Shown: piece by piece, positions 29,519 through 39,046 of the stretch | Layout of the letters: the number at the start of each line of letters is the position of its first letter | How positions within the stretch are numbered: the stretch's first letter is position 1 | Assembly (NCBI GenBank): GCA_002923195.1 | Contig: BDTH01000074.1 | Span: 9,081 to 73,080, forward strand | DNA from: a bacterium BMS3Abin15 | GTDB taxonomy: Bacteria; Patescibacteriota; Minisyncoccia; Moranbacterales; 2-12-FULL-40-10 | Direction of reading: 5' to 3' | Length of the DNA: 64,000 nucleotides | The notes under the pieces: generated by a model | What the model was told of the DNA's origin: nothing | What the model saw: the letters and a program-made list of their open reading frames with translations, nothing else | Database searches by the model: none | Program-made: the position numbers and the translations under genes

Positions 29519-29983
29519 ATGAAAAATATTGAAAAATCGTGGATAAAAATAATCTTACTTATAGTAATAGGGATTATAGCTGGATATCTGATAACTATTA
29601 GTATAAGCATAACTAATGATACATTTTCAAATAAAAATATCAACGAAAAAAGAACAGAATTCATTGAAGAAAAAAATGCAATTATAGGAGAACAGCTAGC
29701 ACATGGTGATTATGCTTGTTGTCTAGAAAAACCCTGCACTTATTGCATTGAAAAAACTCCCAAACACGGAGATGGCGCAAAATGCTCTTGTCTGGAGGAT
29801 GTAGTTAATGGAGTCCACCCTTGTGGGGAATGCATTGGAGAAATAATGGAAGGGCATGGAAACAGATTCTTGTCTAAATTCTTTGCTCGATCTATTGCTG
29901 AGGAAGTAGGAACGCAATATACAGACACTTTGAAGAAAATAATGGAAGAAAAATATGGAATACCAATAACTGAACAACTCTAA
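29519..29983 (+). CDS. Membrane-anchored Cys-rich hypothetical protein
   Basis: TM helix, then CCLEKPCTYC...CSC...HPCGEC. Confidence 0.7.
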   Translation: MKNIEKSWIKIILLIVIGIIAGYLITISISITNDTFSNKNINEKRTEFIEEKNAIIGEQLAHGDYACCLEKPCTYCIEKTPKHGDGAKCSCLEDVVNGVHPCGECIGEIMEGHGNRFLSKFFARSIAEEVGTQYTDTLKKIMEEKYGIPITEQL

Positions 29984-30011
29984 CTAATATTTAACAACCA
30001 TATAAATTTTT

Positions 30012-30950
30012 ATGGACAAAAAAATAATCAGCCCTAAATTAAATGAGAAAAAATATTTTTTCCTGTGGATCTTGACTTTGTTGATATTGGTTATCGTCGC
30101 GGGCATCGGTGTCTTTAACATATTAAAAGGAAAGAGTTCAGGGACAAAATCGAATACATCCGAGCAAGCTAACAGCGCCGATAATTCGGAAATTAGTGAA
30201 TTTAAAAAGGCATTATTGCCAGCTGAGGGAATTATTCTGCCAGTCAGATGGAATGATCTGGGAAAAAGACTAACTGAAACAGGGGTGATAGACGAGCAAA
30301 AACTCATTGCAATCTATGATCAGCGCGGCGGGCTGAGCGAAGAAGATAAAAAACTGCTTTATGACAGTGATAACGGAAATATAATTATAACTGCCCAAAA
30401 TTCCGGCTTTCTTCTTAATTTATTATGGGCACTGGGATTAGGAAACAAAAATCCAGTTCTGGAAAAAGGGCCGATGCAAGACCCGAAATATAAAGGAGCT
30501 GACCGTTTCGCATCAACCGGCGGATGGAGCATCGCCAAAGGAAACGCTATGGACCACTATAGCAAGCATAAATTCATTACTCTAACCCCAACTCAGCAGG
30601 AACTGGTAGAAAAAGTAAGTAAAAACATTTACCGTCCGTGCTGTGGAAACTCAACCTATTTTCCGGATTGCAACCACGGCATGGCAATGCTGGGATTTCT
30701 TCAGCTGATGGCTTCCCAGGGAATGGCTGAAGAAGAAATGTACAAAACAGCGCTGACAGTTAATACCTTCTGGTTTCCTGATGCTTATCTGACAATTGCC
30801 AAGTACTTTCAGAAGAAAAAAGTTGCATGGGAAGATGTAAATCCTAAAAACGTTTTAGGATTAGAATATTCGAGTGCTTCCGGCTACAAGCAGGTTATGA
30901 CAGAAGTGAATCCTGTTCAATCACAGGGAGGCAAAAGATGCGGAGTATAA
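30012..30950 (+). CDS. Membrane-anchored hypothetical protein with a Cys/His motif
   Basis: TM helix; RPCCGNSTYFPDCNHGMAM; C-terminal CGV. Confidence 0.7.
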   Translation: MDKKIISPKLNEKKYFFLWILTLLILVIVAGIGVFNILKGKSSGTKSNTSEQANSADNSEISEFKKALLPAEGIILPVRWNDLGKRLTETGVIDEQKLIAIYDQRGGLSEEDKKLLYDSDNGNIIITAQNSGFLLNLLWALGLGNKNPVLEKGPMQDPKYKGADRFASTGGWSIAKGNAMDHYSKHKFITLTPTQQELVEKVSKNIYRPCCGNSTYFPDCNHGMAMLGFLQLMASQGMAEEEMYKTALTVNTFWFPDAYLTIAKYFQKKKVAWEDVNPKNVLGLEYSSASGYKQVMTEVNPVQSQGGKRCGV

Positions 30951-30962
30951 TTATTAAAACAT

Positions 30963-31376
30963 ATGAAAAAAATATACTTCATTGCAATAATATTAATATC
31001 ATTATTCTTAGTGCCCGTTTTAGCTCAAGCGCACGCGGGTGAAGATCAAGAAGAACATTGTGCTCTGGGAGAAATGCCTACCCTGAGCATAGTCGAAGGG
31101 ATGGAACATATGCTGGGAGGAGGTGGAGGTTCTATGATGGGAAGTTTTGGACCAGGACCAGCAAGCTGGTTTGGCTTCGGATTCGGTTTTATCTTCATGA
31201 TAATTTTCTGGGCTTTGATTATATTCGGAATTATTGTTTTAATTAAATGGTTAGTTAATCAAAATAAAACAGACGCTGGGAAGAAATCCCCGATGGATAT
31301 CTTAAAAGAAAGATATGCCAAGGGGGAAATAGATAAAGAGGAATTTGAAGAAAAGAAGAAAGATATAAGTCAGTAA
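30963..31376 (+). CDS. SHOCT-domain membrane protein, Met/His/Gly-rich
   Basis: Signal peptide, [14 protein letters not shown] helix and [18 protein letters not shown]. Confidence 0.85.
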   Translation: MKKIYFIAIILISLFLVPVLAQAHAGEDQEEHCALGEMPTLSIVEGMEHMLGGGGGSMMGSFGPGPASWFGFGFGFIFMIIFWALIIFGIIVLIKWLVNQNKTDAGKKSPMDILKERYAKGEIDKEEFEEKKKDISQ

Positions 31377-31400
31377 CTAGTAACCCGTAACTTGTAACTA
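31373..31400. repeat. 4x 7-mer tandem array GTAACYN
   Basis: GTAACTA GTAACCC GTAACTT GTAACTA. Confidence 0.7.
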
Positions 31401-31413
31401 GAAATTTATTATT

Positions 31414-33471
31414 ATGAGTTGTTGTCCTGAACACAAATTAAATAGCCACAAACATCATCACGGGGATCACCCTGGTCATAGTATGGACCATGGCGGCCAT
31501 GATATGTCTGCAGACCTTTCGATGCATGGCAGTGCACAAACTTTCTTGCGCCGTTTTTGGATTGTCACCTTTTTGTTAATCCCCTTGTTCTTAACTAGTC
31601 AAGTAGCTGTTGATTTTTTGGGAATTGGGGATTTTGCTTTCCGAAAAATTTTGCAGTTTATACTGGCTACAATAATCTTTGGATTTTCTCTGATATTTTT
31701 CCAGCACGCCAGGCATGAGATTCAGATGAAAAAGTACGGAATGATGACACTGGTTTCTCTGGCAGTGGGAGCCGGATACTTATTTTCCGTAGTTTCAACC
31801 TTTTTTCCTCAATTGGAAGCAGAGTTTTATTTAGAAATTTCAACTTTAGTCTGGGTACTTCTCTTCGGCCATTACCTGGAGGCCAAATCAACTACAGCTG
31901 CTGGAAATGCATTGCAGGAAGTGGCTAAGTTACTGCCAAAAAAAGCTCATCTGCTAAAAGATGAGGAAGAAATTGATGTAGATGTAGCAGAGCTAAAAAA
32001 GGGCAACATCGTTTTGATAAAGCCAGGAGAAAAAGTTCCAGCTGACGGAATAATTATAAAGGGCACCGCTAATGTAGACGAGGCATTAATAAGCGGTGAA
32101 TCGAAACCCGTTAGGAAAATAAGAGATGAGGAGGTGGCAGCCGGATCAATTTGCCTGGATGGATCTTTAGAAATAAAACTCACTAAAGTGGGAGAGAATT
32201 CAACTATTGGACAGATTCAAACATTAATTGCTAAGGCTCAAATGACAAAGCCTCAAAAACAGAAATTAGCCGATAAAGCCGCAGGCATTTTAACCTTTGT
32301 AGCTCTGGCAGCTGCAATAATTTCCCTTTTGGTCTGGTCTGTTTTTCTGGGAAAACCATTGGCTTTTGCTTTTACCTTAGCTATTACCACATTGGTTATC
32401 GCTTGTCCTCACGCCTTGGGCATGGCTATCCCGGCAGTAACTGCAATTTCCACAAAGCTGGCAGTAAAAAATGGAATCTTTATAAAAGATCTAGCTAAAA
32501 TGGAACTTGTTAAAGATATTAATTATGTAATATTTGATAAAACAGGAACATTGACCAAGGGAGAGTTCGGACTGACAAATATAGTGCCATTAAGTAATGA
32601 GGCTGACATATTGAAAATCGCTGGATCATTAGAACAGAATTCCTCCCATGTCATCGGCCAAGCCTTCACAAGAAAAGCCAAAGAAGAAAATATACAATTA
32701 GAAAAAATAGATGATTTTGAAAATTTCGCCGGAAAAGGAGTAGGAGGAAAAATTTCAGATCAAATTTATTGGTTGGGAAACAAAATTCTAATGAAAGAAA
32801 AAGGAATCTTATTAAATAAAGCAGAAGAGGAAAATAAAAAATTATTTAATTCTAGAAAAAGTTTGGTTTTTTTGGCTAATGAATCAGTATTGATTGGAAT
32901 TTTTGCTTTGGCTGATAAAATTAAACCAGAATCATTTTCTATAGTTAATAAACTTCACAAACTAGGAATAAAAGTGGCTATGCTTACCGGTGATAATAAA
33001 CAAGTAGCTGAAGGCGTGGCCAAGGAATTGAAAATTGATACTTATTTCGCCGAGGTGTTGCCCGGAGATAAATATAGAAAAGTTAAAGAGCTCCAGGGCC
33101 AAGGGCACAGGGTAATGATGGTGGGCGATGGAGTTAATGACGCCCCGGCCCTAACTCAAGCCGATGTAGGAGTGGCCATTGGTGCTGGAACTGACGTAGC
33201 CGTAGAGGCCGGTGATATAGTGCTGACCAGAAATAATCCAGAAGATATTTCCCGCTTGATAGTTTTAGGAAGAAAAATTTACCGCAAGATGTTGGAAAAT
33301 CTTATTTGGGCGTTAGGTTACAATGTTGTAGCTATTCCAGCTGCCGCCGGAGTACTCGCTCCTTGGGGATTTTTCCTTCGTCCAGAAATCGGAGCATTGA
33401 TAATGAGCTTATCTACCGTGATTGTGGTGGCTAACGCTTTAACTCTAAAAAAAACCAGTTTGGAAATTTAA
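31414..33471 (+). CDS. Copper-translocating P1B-3-type ATPase (CopB-like)
   Basis: His-rich N-terminus, CPH transmembrane motif, DKTGT, GDGVNDAP, YN and MSLST. Confidence 0.93.
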   Translation: MSCCPEHKLNSHKHHHGDHPGHSMDHGGHDMSADLSMHGSAQTFLRRFWIVTFLLIPLFLTSQVAVDFLGIGDFAFRKILQFILATIIFGFSLIFFQHARHEIQMKKYGMMTLVSLAVGAGYLFSVVSTFFPQLEAEFYLEISTLVWVLLFGHYLEAKSTTAAGNALQEVAKLLPKKAHLLKDEEEIDVDVAELKKGNIVLIKPGEKVPADGIIIKGTANVDEALISGESKPVRKIRDEEVAAGSICLDGSLEIKLTKVGENSTIGQIQTLIAKAQMTKPQKQKLADKAAGILTFVALAAAIISLLVWSVFLGKPLAFAFTLAITTLVIACPHALGMAIPAVTAISTKLAVKNGIFIKDLAKMELVKDINYVIFDKTGTLTKGEFGLTNIVPLSNEADILKIAGSLEQNSSHVIGQAFTRKAKEENIQLEKIDDFENFAGKGVGGKISDQIYWLGNKILMKEKGILLNKAEEENKKLFNSRKSLVFLANESVLIGIFALADKIKPESFSIVNKLHKLGIKVAMLTGDNKQVAEGVAKELKIDTYFAEVLPGDKYRKVKELQGQGHRVMMVGDGVNDAPALTQADVGVAIGAGTDVAVEAGDIVLTRNNPEDISRLIVLGRKIYRKMLENLIWALGYNVVAIPAAAGVLAPWGFFLRPEIGALIMSLSTVIVVANALTLKKTSLEI

Positions 33472-33477
33472 GAAATT

Positions 33478-33515
33478 TAAAAAGCTTCTATCTCTTAAGA
33501 TAGAAGCTTTTTTTT
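33478..33515. terminator. Bidirectional terminator
   Basis: AAAAAGCTTCTATCT...AGATAGAAGCTTTTT. Confidence 0.85.
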
Positions 33516-33533
33516 GTTTATTAATACAAGTAC

Positions 33534-33968
33534 TTACTTTTCAGACGGATAATAATAACGCTCTGGCTCTTCGCTTTCTTCATCCCTAATGTTTTTAGTG
33601 GGAATATCCAGCTTTTCTCCCACATAAAGATATTCTTTTACGCCTCGTTTAGCAATTTTTCTGGCAAATTCACTTCGTGAGTAGCCAAATCTACGAGCTA
33701 GTCCAGACTGGGTATCGCCTTCTTTAATCCGATAAACGCAAACTGAGGCGTCGCCTTTTATTATAAACTCTTCGCATTCTATATACTTCCCGACATTTTC
33801 TGCTATCTGTTCTTCTTCCACCTCGGCTGCGGTTCTTCCAGTATCGGATATGTGGCTCCAGTCCTTTACAATCCCTGTTTCAGATTGTTTTTCAACCTTA
33901 GAATCTTTACAACTCGCGAGTGTCACAAATGATATTGCGACAATCAGAATCCAAAAAATATTTCTCAT
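33534..33968 (-). CDS. LysM-domain lipoprotein
   Basis: Lipobox LASC; YRIKEGDTQSGLARRFG...LYVGEKLDIP. Confidence 0.8.
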   Translation of the reverse strand: MRNIFWILIVAISFVTLASCKDSKVEKQSETGIVKDWSHISDTGRTAAEVEEEQIAENVGKYIECEEFIIKGDASVCVYRIKEGDTQSGLARRFGYSRSEFARKIAKRGVKEYLYVGEKLDIPTKNIRDEESEEPERYYYPSEK

Positions 33969-34111
33969 CTGTTTCCTCCTTTATGTTGGGTTTATTTTGT
34001 AATGTACTACAACTGGATAATGTTACTGGTTTATCGCTTTTTTGTCAACTTTAGAGATATAAAAAATAGCCGTTAGGGGCTACTACGATTATGGTTAATT
34101 AAAATATTAAA

Positions 34112-34588
34112 TTATAGAATTAAAGGGAACAGCCCCAGTGCTAGTAGAAAGAAAATGAAAAATAGAAATTTATATATTTTTTGCGGAAGAGTTTCGTAGT
34201 TAGAAGAAATATTAACTATTGTATATATGGACATAAGCAATATAATGAACAGAAAATAGATAATGGCTATGTCTTGATAATGACTGGCCACCACTAGCCC
34301 GATTACATTAAAAACAAAGACATTGCCTATCGTATTGGTATGCCAGCCAAGATAATCCCACTTTTTTATTTCCTCTCTGCGATAGCCGATTTTCGAATAA
34401 GCTAGGGAAGAAACAAAAAGCAATGGCACTGCCAGAACTAATTGTAGTATAGCAATGTAGCTGAATTCCTCAGGGCCGTTGTTCCAGATAAAAGCGAAAA
34501 TAAAAATCAAAACGCCCATCATTATAGAGCTGATGTGCACTTTGGAAATCGCTTTCTCCGGGCTGGTTTTGAAAATATTCCTTGGCAT
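34112..34588 (-). CDS. Integral membrane hypothetical protein
   Basis: 158 aa with about 5 TM segments; 5' part duplicated at 41404-41604. Confidence 0.7.
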   Translation of the reverse strand: MPRNIFKTSPEKAISKVHISSIMMGVLIFIFAFIWNNGPEEFSYIAILQLVLAVPLLFVSSLAYSKIGYRREEIKKWDYLGWHTNTIGNVFVFNVIGLVVASHYQDIAIIYFLFIILLMSIYTIVNISSNYETLPQKIYKFLFFIFFLLALGLFPLIL

Positions 34589-34648
34589 ATTACTTTTTAA
34601 ATTTTACCACAAAACAAAAATAACCCTAACTGGGTTATTTTCTTGTCG
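34388..34648. repeat. Left copy of the direct repeat bounding the tRNA-Pro island
   Basis: 5' half of the membrane gene, its upstream region, the AAAATAACCC/GGGTTATTTT terminator and TGTCG; matches 41404-41800 apart from an inserted element there. Confidence 0.85.
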
Positions 34649-34850
34649 CAATTGCTGAACGAAGCTTGAACCTTTTTGAATAAAAAATGCTTGAACAGCT
34701 TCGCTACGGCTCGGGCGTGGCGGAATTGGAGGCCGTGCCAATTTCATTGGCGTGCCGTCTCTTTGTAATTTTTTATAACCCCCTCCTATCCATTTTTTTA
34801 TGACGTTTTTTTGGATGCGCTAGAGATTCTATTGGCATACAATTTGTCTT

Positions 34851-35957
34851 TTATGAATGAAACGCCGGATGTAGCTTTTTATTTAGCTCCATACGTTCAG
34901 CCAAATATCGTACGATTTCACAGTTTTTCTCGCATTTTCCCAATATATCACCTGTTTCATTAACTACTTGTCCGAGGCATCCCCCAGCACAATTATATAT
35001 GTATTTGCAATCACTGCATGTTTTTTTCTTTAAGTTTTCCACGCATCTTGAACGAACATTAGCTACTGCTTTTTCGTCATAGACAATAATGTCTTTTTCC
35101 GGAATATATTTTCCATAAATTAATTGTTGAAGTGGACCTGGGGAATATTCAGAACCCAATTGGGTAAAATCACAACATGAGACATATCCATCAGTGGTTA
35201 AATGTGGATTTGGAGTACAAGCCCTGCAAGCATGTCTTGTTTTTTCATCAAAATTAACGATGCACATTGTATTGTACCATACCCCAAGTTTTTTCGCTTT
35301 TTTATGAGCAATAAGAAAATTTTTGGCAAATTCAATAGGATCCCATTCAAAGACAGTGCTCGAATTATCATCGATCGGGGCAAATGCGGGAAGAACATTT
35401 ATATACTTTATGCCGATACTATGAAAATATCCTACTATTTCTGATTGTCTTTTCATTATTGGGGGTGTCAATGTGACCCTTGCTCCTGCCTGCATTGATT
35501 TCTGCTTGGAAAAATATTTAAGATTTCTTTCTACAATCTCAGAAGTTGGCTTTTTAGTTGCCGTTGGTCTTTGAATATCATGAACTTCAGCCGGTCCGTC
35601 GCATGAAACCCACAAAATATTTACATTTTTGGCAATCCACTTAGCTACTTTTTCCGAGAAGAAGCCATTGGTCTGCAATTCTACAGTTAATAAATTGTCT
35701 GCTTTCTTGTATGCATAATTTTTTATTTTTTTCATCAGTTCAAATTCCAATGTTGGCTCGCCAATGCCGTAAAATCTAATATGCCTACTGGCGTTATCCC
35801 TGAAAAAATCATCAATCCCTCGCTTGGAAAAATTGAAATCTAAAGATTGATGCTCTTTCTTAAGGTTTTGATTTTTATGCGTATAGCAATAAATGCACCT
35901 AAGATTGCATCTTGTTGATAAAAAGAAAGAAATCATTTGTTTTCTTACATGTGCCAT
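34851..35957 (-). CDS. Radical SAM / SPASM-domain protein
   Basis: CNLRCIYC, GIGEPTL and QTNG; C-terminal CRAC...SCC...CSDCKYIYNCAGGC...C. Confidence 0.9.
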   Translation of the reverse strand: MAHVRKQMISFFLSTRCNLRCIYCYTHKNQNLKKEHQSLDFNFSKRGIDDFFRDNASRHIRFYGIGEPTLEFELMKKIKNYAYKKADNLLTVELQTNGFFSEKVAKWIAKNVNILWVSCDGPAEVHDIQRPTATKKPTSEIVERNLKYFSKQKSMQAGARVTLTPPIMKRQSEIVGYFHSIGIKYINVLPAFAPIDDNSSTVFEWDPIEFAKNFLIAHKKAKKLGVWYNTMCIVNFDEKTRHACRACTPNPHLTTDGYVSCCDFTQLGSEYSPGPLQQLIYGKYIPEKDIIVYDEKAVANVRSRCVENLKKKTCSDCKYIYNCAGGCLGQVVNETGDILGKCEKNCEIVRYLAERMELNKKLHPAFHS

Positions 35958-36019
35958 ATTATTCTAATGCTATTTATTATGAATTTATTGCTATATAATA
36001 ATATTAAACGAATTGTAGC

Positions 36020-37363
36020 CTACTTGTATAAACCCTCTTTTAAGCGAGTTAGCAATTTATGAGTTTTCAGTCCAATTGTAGATTTGGTTCTCCAGCCCGA
36101 ACGATAAGTTGCTATCAGAAATTTTTTGCGCTCTCGCAATTCTTCTCTTGGCGGTAAAGTATCGTAAACATCCACATATCCATTTAAATCATCTTTTTTA
36201 AAGCGACTTAAAAAATAGGCTTGGTCTTGAAAAATACTACCGACACTTACATTAACTACCGTAGTTTTTTTAGGAATCATGTCAATCATTTCATTGGTGA
36301 TGAATTTTTCAGCGCCAACATGAGGCAAGTGGAAAGTTATAATGTCAGATTCGGTTAATATTTTTTCCAATGGCTTAAATTGAAGATTGTATCGTTTTTC
36401 AAGATCCGGATTTTGGCTTGTCGAATAATAGGAAACATCCATGTCAAATCCATCTCTGGCAATTTGTACAACTCTTCTGCCAATACGACCAAGGCCAATT
36501 ATACCAATTTTTTTATTCATCAATGATTCACCTGTCGGAATAATTTTAGCAACATCAACGACCGAAAGATAATTACCTTGATTAATTTTGTTTTTTATTT
36601 CTTCGCTAACTGATCTTGAGTCATAAATAATAACATGACTTTCTCTCAAAAAATTGTCTATGGGTCTATAGGCGATATTTAATGCATGTTGCAAGTCACT
36701 CAGGCTATAAATCGCATTCATATGAAAGCCATGACTGGCTATTTTAAATAAATCTTCTTTAAGATTATCATTTACCAACAAGCCGACGGTTAATCCTTTG
36801 AGTGTTTCTTCTTTAAACTCATCAGGACTGGTAATTTTTAATTTTCCAACTTTTACATATTCATGAATCCACGAACCTCTTAAATTATCTCGCCAATTTT
36901 TATTAAACTTTCTGACATCGTCGGTAATCTTGGCCATAATTTCTTCTTGTAAATGTCTCCGATTGTTCGTTGGTGTTAAGCCTAGGGCATTTTCATTATT
37001 CTTATAAAGCTGCAATAAACCGACAAATGCTAGTTCCGCAACCGAATCAGTTCCGTAATCAGGAATACTGGGAATGTGAAGGTTATGTTTTAGCGCATAA
37101 TCTTTATTAATTCTGTGTTCGAAAGCATGAGTCCAAAAGGCAATCGTCTTTAATTGAGGATTCTCGTCGATTACTTCATTCGGAATATCAACCCAGCAAC
37201 TTATAATGCAATCAGCACCTTTGACTCTTTCCAGCACCTCTTCTTCGGTTTCACAGGTATTATATTCGACTACTTCTTCCGCAATTTCATTTAATCGATC
37301 TCTGTGTTCGGGATAAAAGATAACCGAATCTAATACAACAATTTTTTTATATTTTTTATTCAT
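36020..37363 (-). CDS. D-2-hydroxyacid dehydrogenase-family protein with a partly duplicated nucleotide-binding domain and non-canonical active site
   Basis: PDYGTDSVAELA; degenerate ETLKGLTVGLL followed by intact ESLMNKKIGIIGLGRIG; SDIITFHLP; NVSVG, DVYDTLP and ATYRSG in place of NxARG, DVxxxEP and TPHxG. Confidence 0.82.
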   Translation of the reverse strand: MNKKYKKIVVLDSVIFYPEHRDRLNEIAEEVVEYNTCETEEEVLERVKGADCIISCWVDIPNEVIDENPQLKTIAFWTHAFEHRINKDYALKHNLHIPSIPDYGTDSVAELAFVGLLQLYKNNENALGLTPTNNRRHLQEEIMAKITDDVRKFNKNWRDNLRGSWIHEYVKVGKLKITSPDEFKEETLKGLTVGLLVNDNLKEDLFKIASHGFHMNAIYSLSDLQHALNIAYRPIDNFLRESHVIIYDSRSVSEEIKNKINQGNYLSVVDVAKIIPTGESLMNKKIGIIGLGRIGRRVVQIARDGFDMDVSYYSTSQNPDLEKRYNLQFKPLEKILTESDIITFHLPHVGAEKFITNEMIDMIPKKTTVVNVSVGSIFQDQAYFLSRFKKDDLNGYVDVYDTLPPREELRERKKFLIATYRSGWRTKSTIGLKTHKLLTRLKEGLYK

Positions 37364-37393
37364 AATGCTAATTATTGAATTGATTATTTAAGG

Positions 37394-37464
37394 AGGCGCA
37401 GGTAGGATTCGAACCCACATGCAGAGCTCTGCAAGCTCTGGTCTGACTACTTGACTACCGCGCC
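37394..37464 (-). tRNA. tRNA-Cys(GCA), atypical
   Basis: GGCGCGG/CTGCGCC acceptor, GTC/GAC D stem, AGAGC-TTGCAGA-GCTCT anticodon arm, GTGGG-TTCGAAT-CCTAC T arm, U73 followed by CCT; D loop AAGTAGTCA lacks the GG. Confidence 0.9.
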
Positions 37465-37470
37465 ATATTT

Positions 37471-38949
37471 TTACGGATTGGAAATTAATCTTTTGGATAA
37501 AAGTATTGGAATATAACACGGAACAATTATATCTCTACCATCTTCCGCTTTCATTTCTTTGATCAAATCATTTTTTCTCATAATTTTTCCTGTAATTTCT
37601 TTCGCTTCATTTTCTACGATTAAATTCTGGAAATCTTTATCTTTTTTATTGATAGTAATCACATAGGGTATCCATTTTAAGTCCCCTGCTTTCTTTTTGA
37701 CATTATAATTAATTTTTCTATCATCTAAGTCAACCCTAAAATCTAATGAATTAAGTTCTTTTTCAAGTTTTTTAGCATTCTCCAAAGAATCATCATCACG
37801 AGTAATTATTCTGGCTTGTATCGGAGCAACCCAAAAAGGAAACGATCTAAAGCCGGTCCTTGTTTCTTTCTTAATTGCTCTGTCAATAAAAAAGTAGGCA
37901 GAACGTTCAATCGATGAGAATGGAAAAACGACATGCAATATGGAAACGGGTTTTTTAATACCACCCTTCGTTTTAAATTTCAAATCAAGTGAAAATTCCG
38001 AAGAACCATCATCCACAAGACATGTGGCGATTTCTACTGGCGATTTTAAGCTATCAAATACTTTATACTCAATATCAATTTTTACTCCATCTTTGCAACG
38101 GACATCTTCATAAACTGCCAACAAGATTGGCTTGTTTATAGATTTGACTATTGTTTTTAAAAAATCAAAATTTTCTTTTAAGAAATCCTGTGTCATACTG
38201 CATAATAATTCATATTCTGGATCAAATTTCTCTATTTCATTTAATATTTTTGTATGTGCAGCTAATGCTATTTTTATTGACGACATTATATCTGCATTGA
38301 TAACATCGAGTTCTGGTATGCTAAAGCTTCTAACTCTTTTACATAATTGTAGCTCTTTTTCTTCTTCAAACCTGTAGCTCTTGGATATTTCGAAAAAACC
38401 AATTGGAAGACCTTTGTCATGAAGATTAATCCCTTTTGCTATTGAAAGTTTTTGCATACAAGCGTTATATCTTAATATTCGATTCTTTTTATTGATAACG
38501 ACATCGTATTGATTTAATCCATATAGCCCGGGATTTTTAGAAATTATCGCGATTTGCTTTTTTACTTCTGGAACATTGACATCAAGTAACTCTCCTCCAC
38601 CAACTTTATATAGTGGAATATCTTGATCATCGCTAAATTCTTTAACAACTAGCCAACTATACTTTTCTATTGCCTCCATGACAGTTGTAGCGTGTTGTAT
38701 TTGTCTCATATGTCCAGGCTCCGATAATGGATCCCATTCAAAACCCATTTCATTAATCATTTTATTAAGTTTGGTTTCTCGATCCTTAAATTTATGATTT
38801 TTTAAAAAACACTCGCTATCCACAAGTGATTTTAAACAAACTTCGGTTTTATCAAATTTATAATCATCCACAGGTGTAACTGTGGAGGACGAATCCAGTA
38901 TATAATATTTTTTATCAGAATGACTTTTTTTAGACTTTCTTATAGACAT
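37471..38949 (-). CDS. Divergent paralogue of archaeal-type threonyl-tRNA synthetase (class II catalytic plus anticodon-binding domain)
   Basis: Colinear with 39047-40450: WDPLSEPGH, LRYNAC, SYRFE...RVRSFSIPELD, LHVVFPFSSIER, FWVAPIQAR, LDDR and WIPY. Confidence 0.85.
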   Translation of the reverse strand: MSIRKSKKSHSDKKYYILDSSSTVTPVDDYKFDKTEVCLKSLVDSECFLKNHKFKDRETKLNKMINEMGFEWDPLSEPGHMRQIQHATTVMEAIEKYSWLVVKEFSDDQDIPLYKVGGGELLDVNVPEVKKQIAIISKNPGLYGLNQYDVVINKKNRILRYNACMQKLSIAKGINLHDKGLPIGFFEISKSYRFEEEKELQLCKRVRSFSIPELDVINADIMSSIKIALAAHTKILNEIEKFDPEYELLCSMTQDFLKENFDFLKTIVKSINKPILLAVYEDVRCKDGVKIDIEYKVFDSLKSPVEIATCLVDDGSSEFSLDLKFKTKGGIKKPVSILHVVFPFSSIERSAYFFIDRAIKKETRTGFRSFPFWVAPIQARIITRDDDSLENAKKLEKELNSLDFRVDLDDRKINYNVKKKAGDLKWIPYVITINKKDKDFQNLIVENEAKEITGKIMRKNDLIKEMKAEDGRDIIVPCYIPILLSKRLISNP

Positions 38950-39046
38950 AATATCTCTTTGAAAGTAATTTGTAGTTTGATTAGCAAGTTTATTTTTTAA
39001 AAAAAGGGACAGGAAACAATACTGTGTTCCCGTCCCTTTTTCTTTT

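Noticed and set aside
34649-34850. Possible remnant of a recombinase 3' end or att site (LLNEA*TF-like reading, GC-rich patch)
   Set aside because: Too short and degenerate to call without a translated search.
37394-37464. Selenocysteine or suppressor tRNA
   Set aside because: The anticodon is GCA, the variable loop is short and the acceptor stem is 7 bp.
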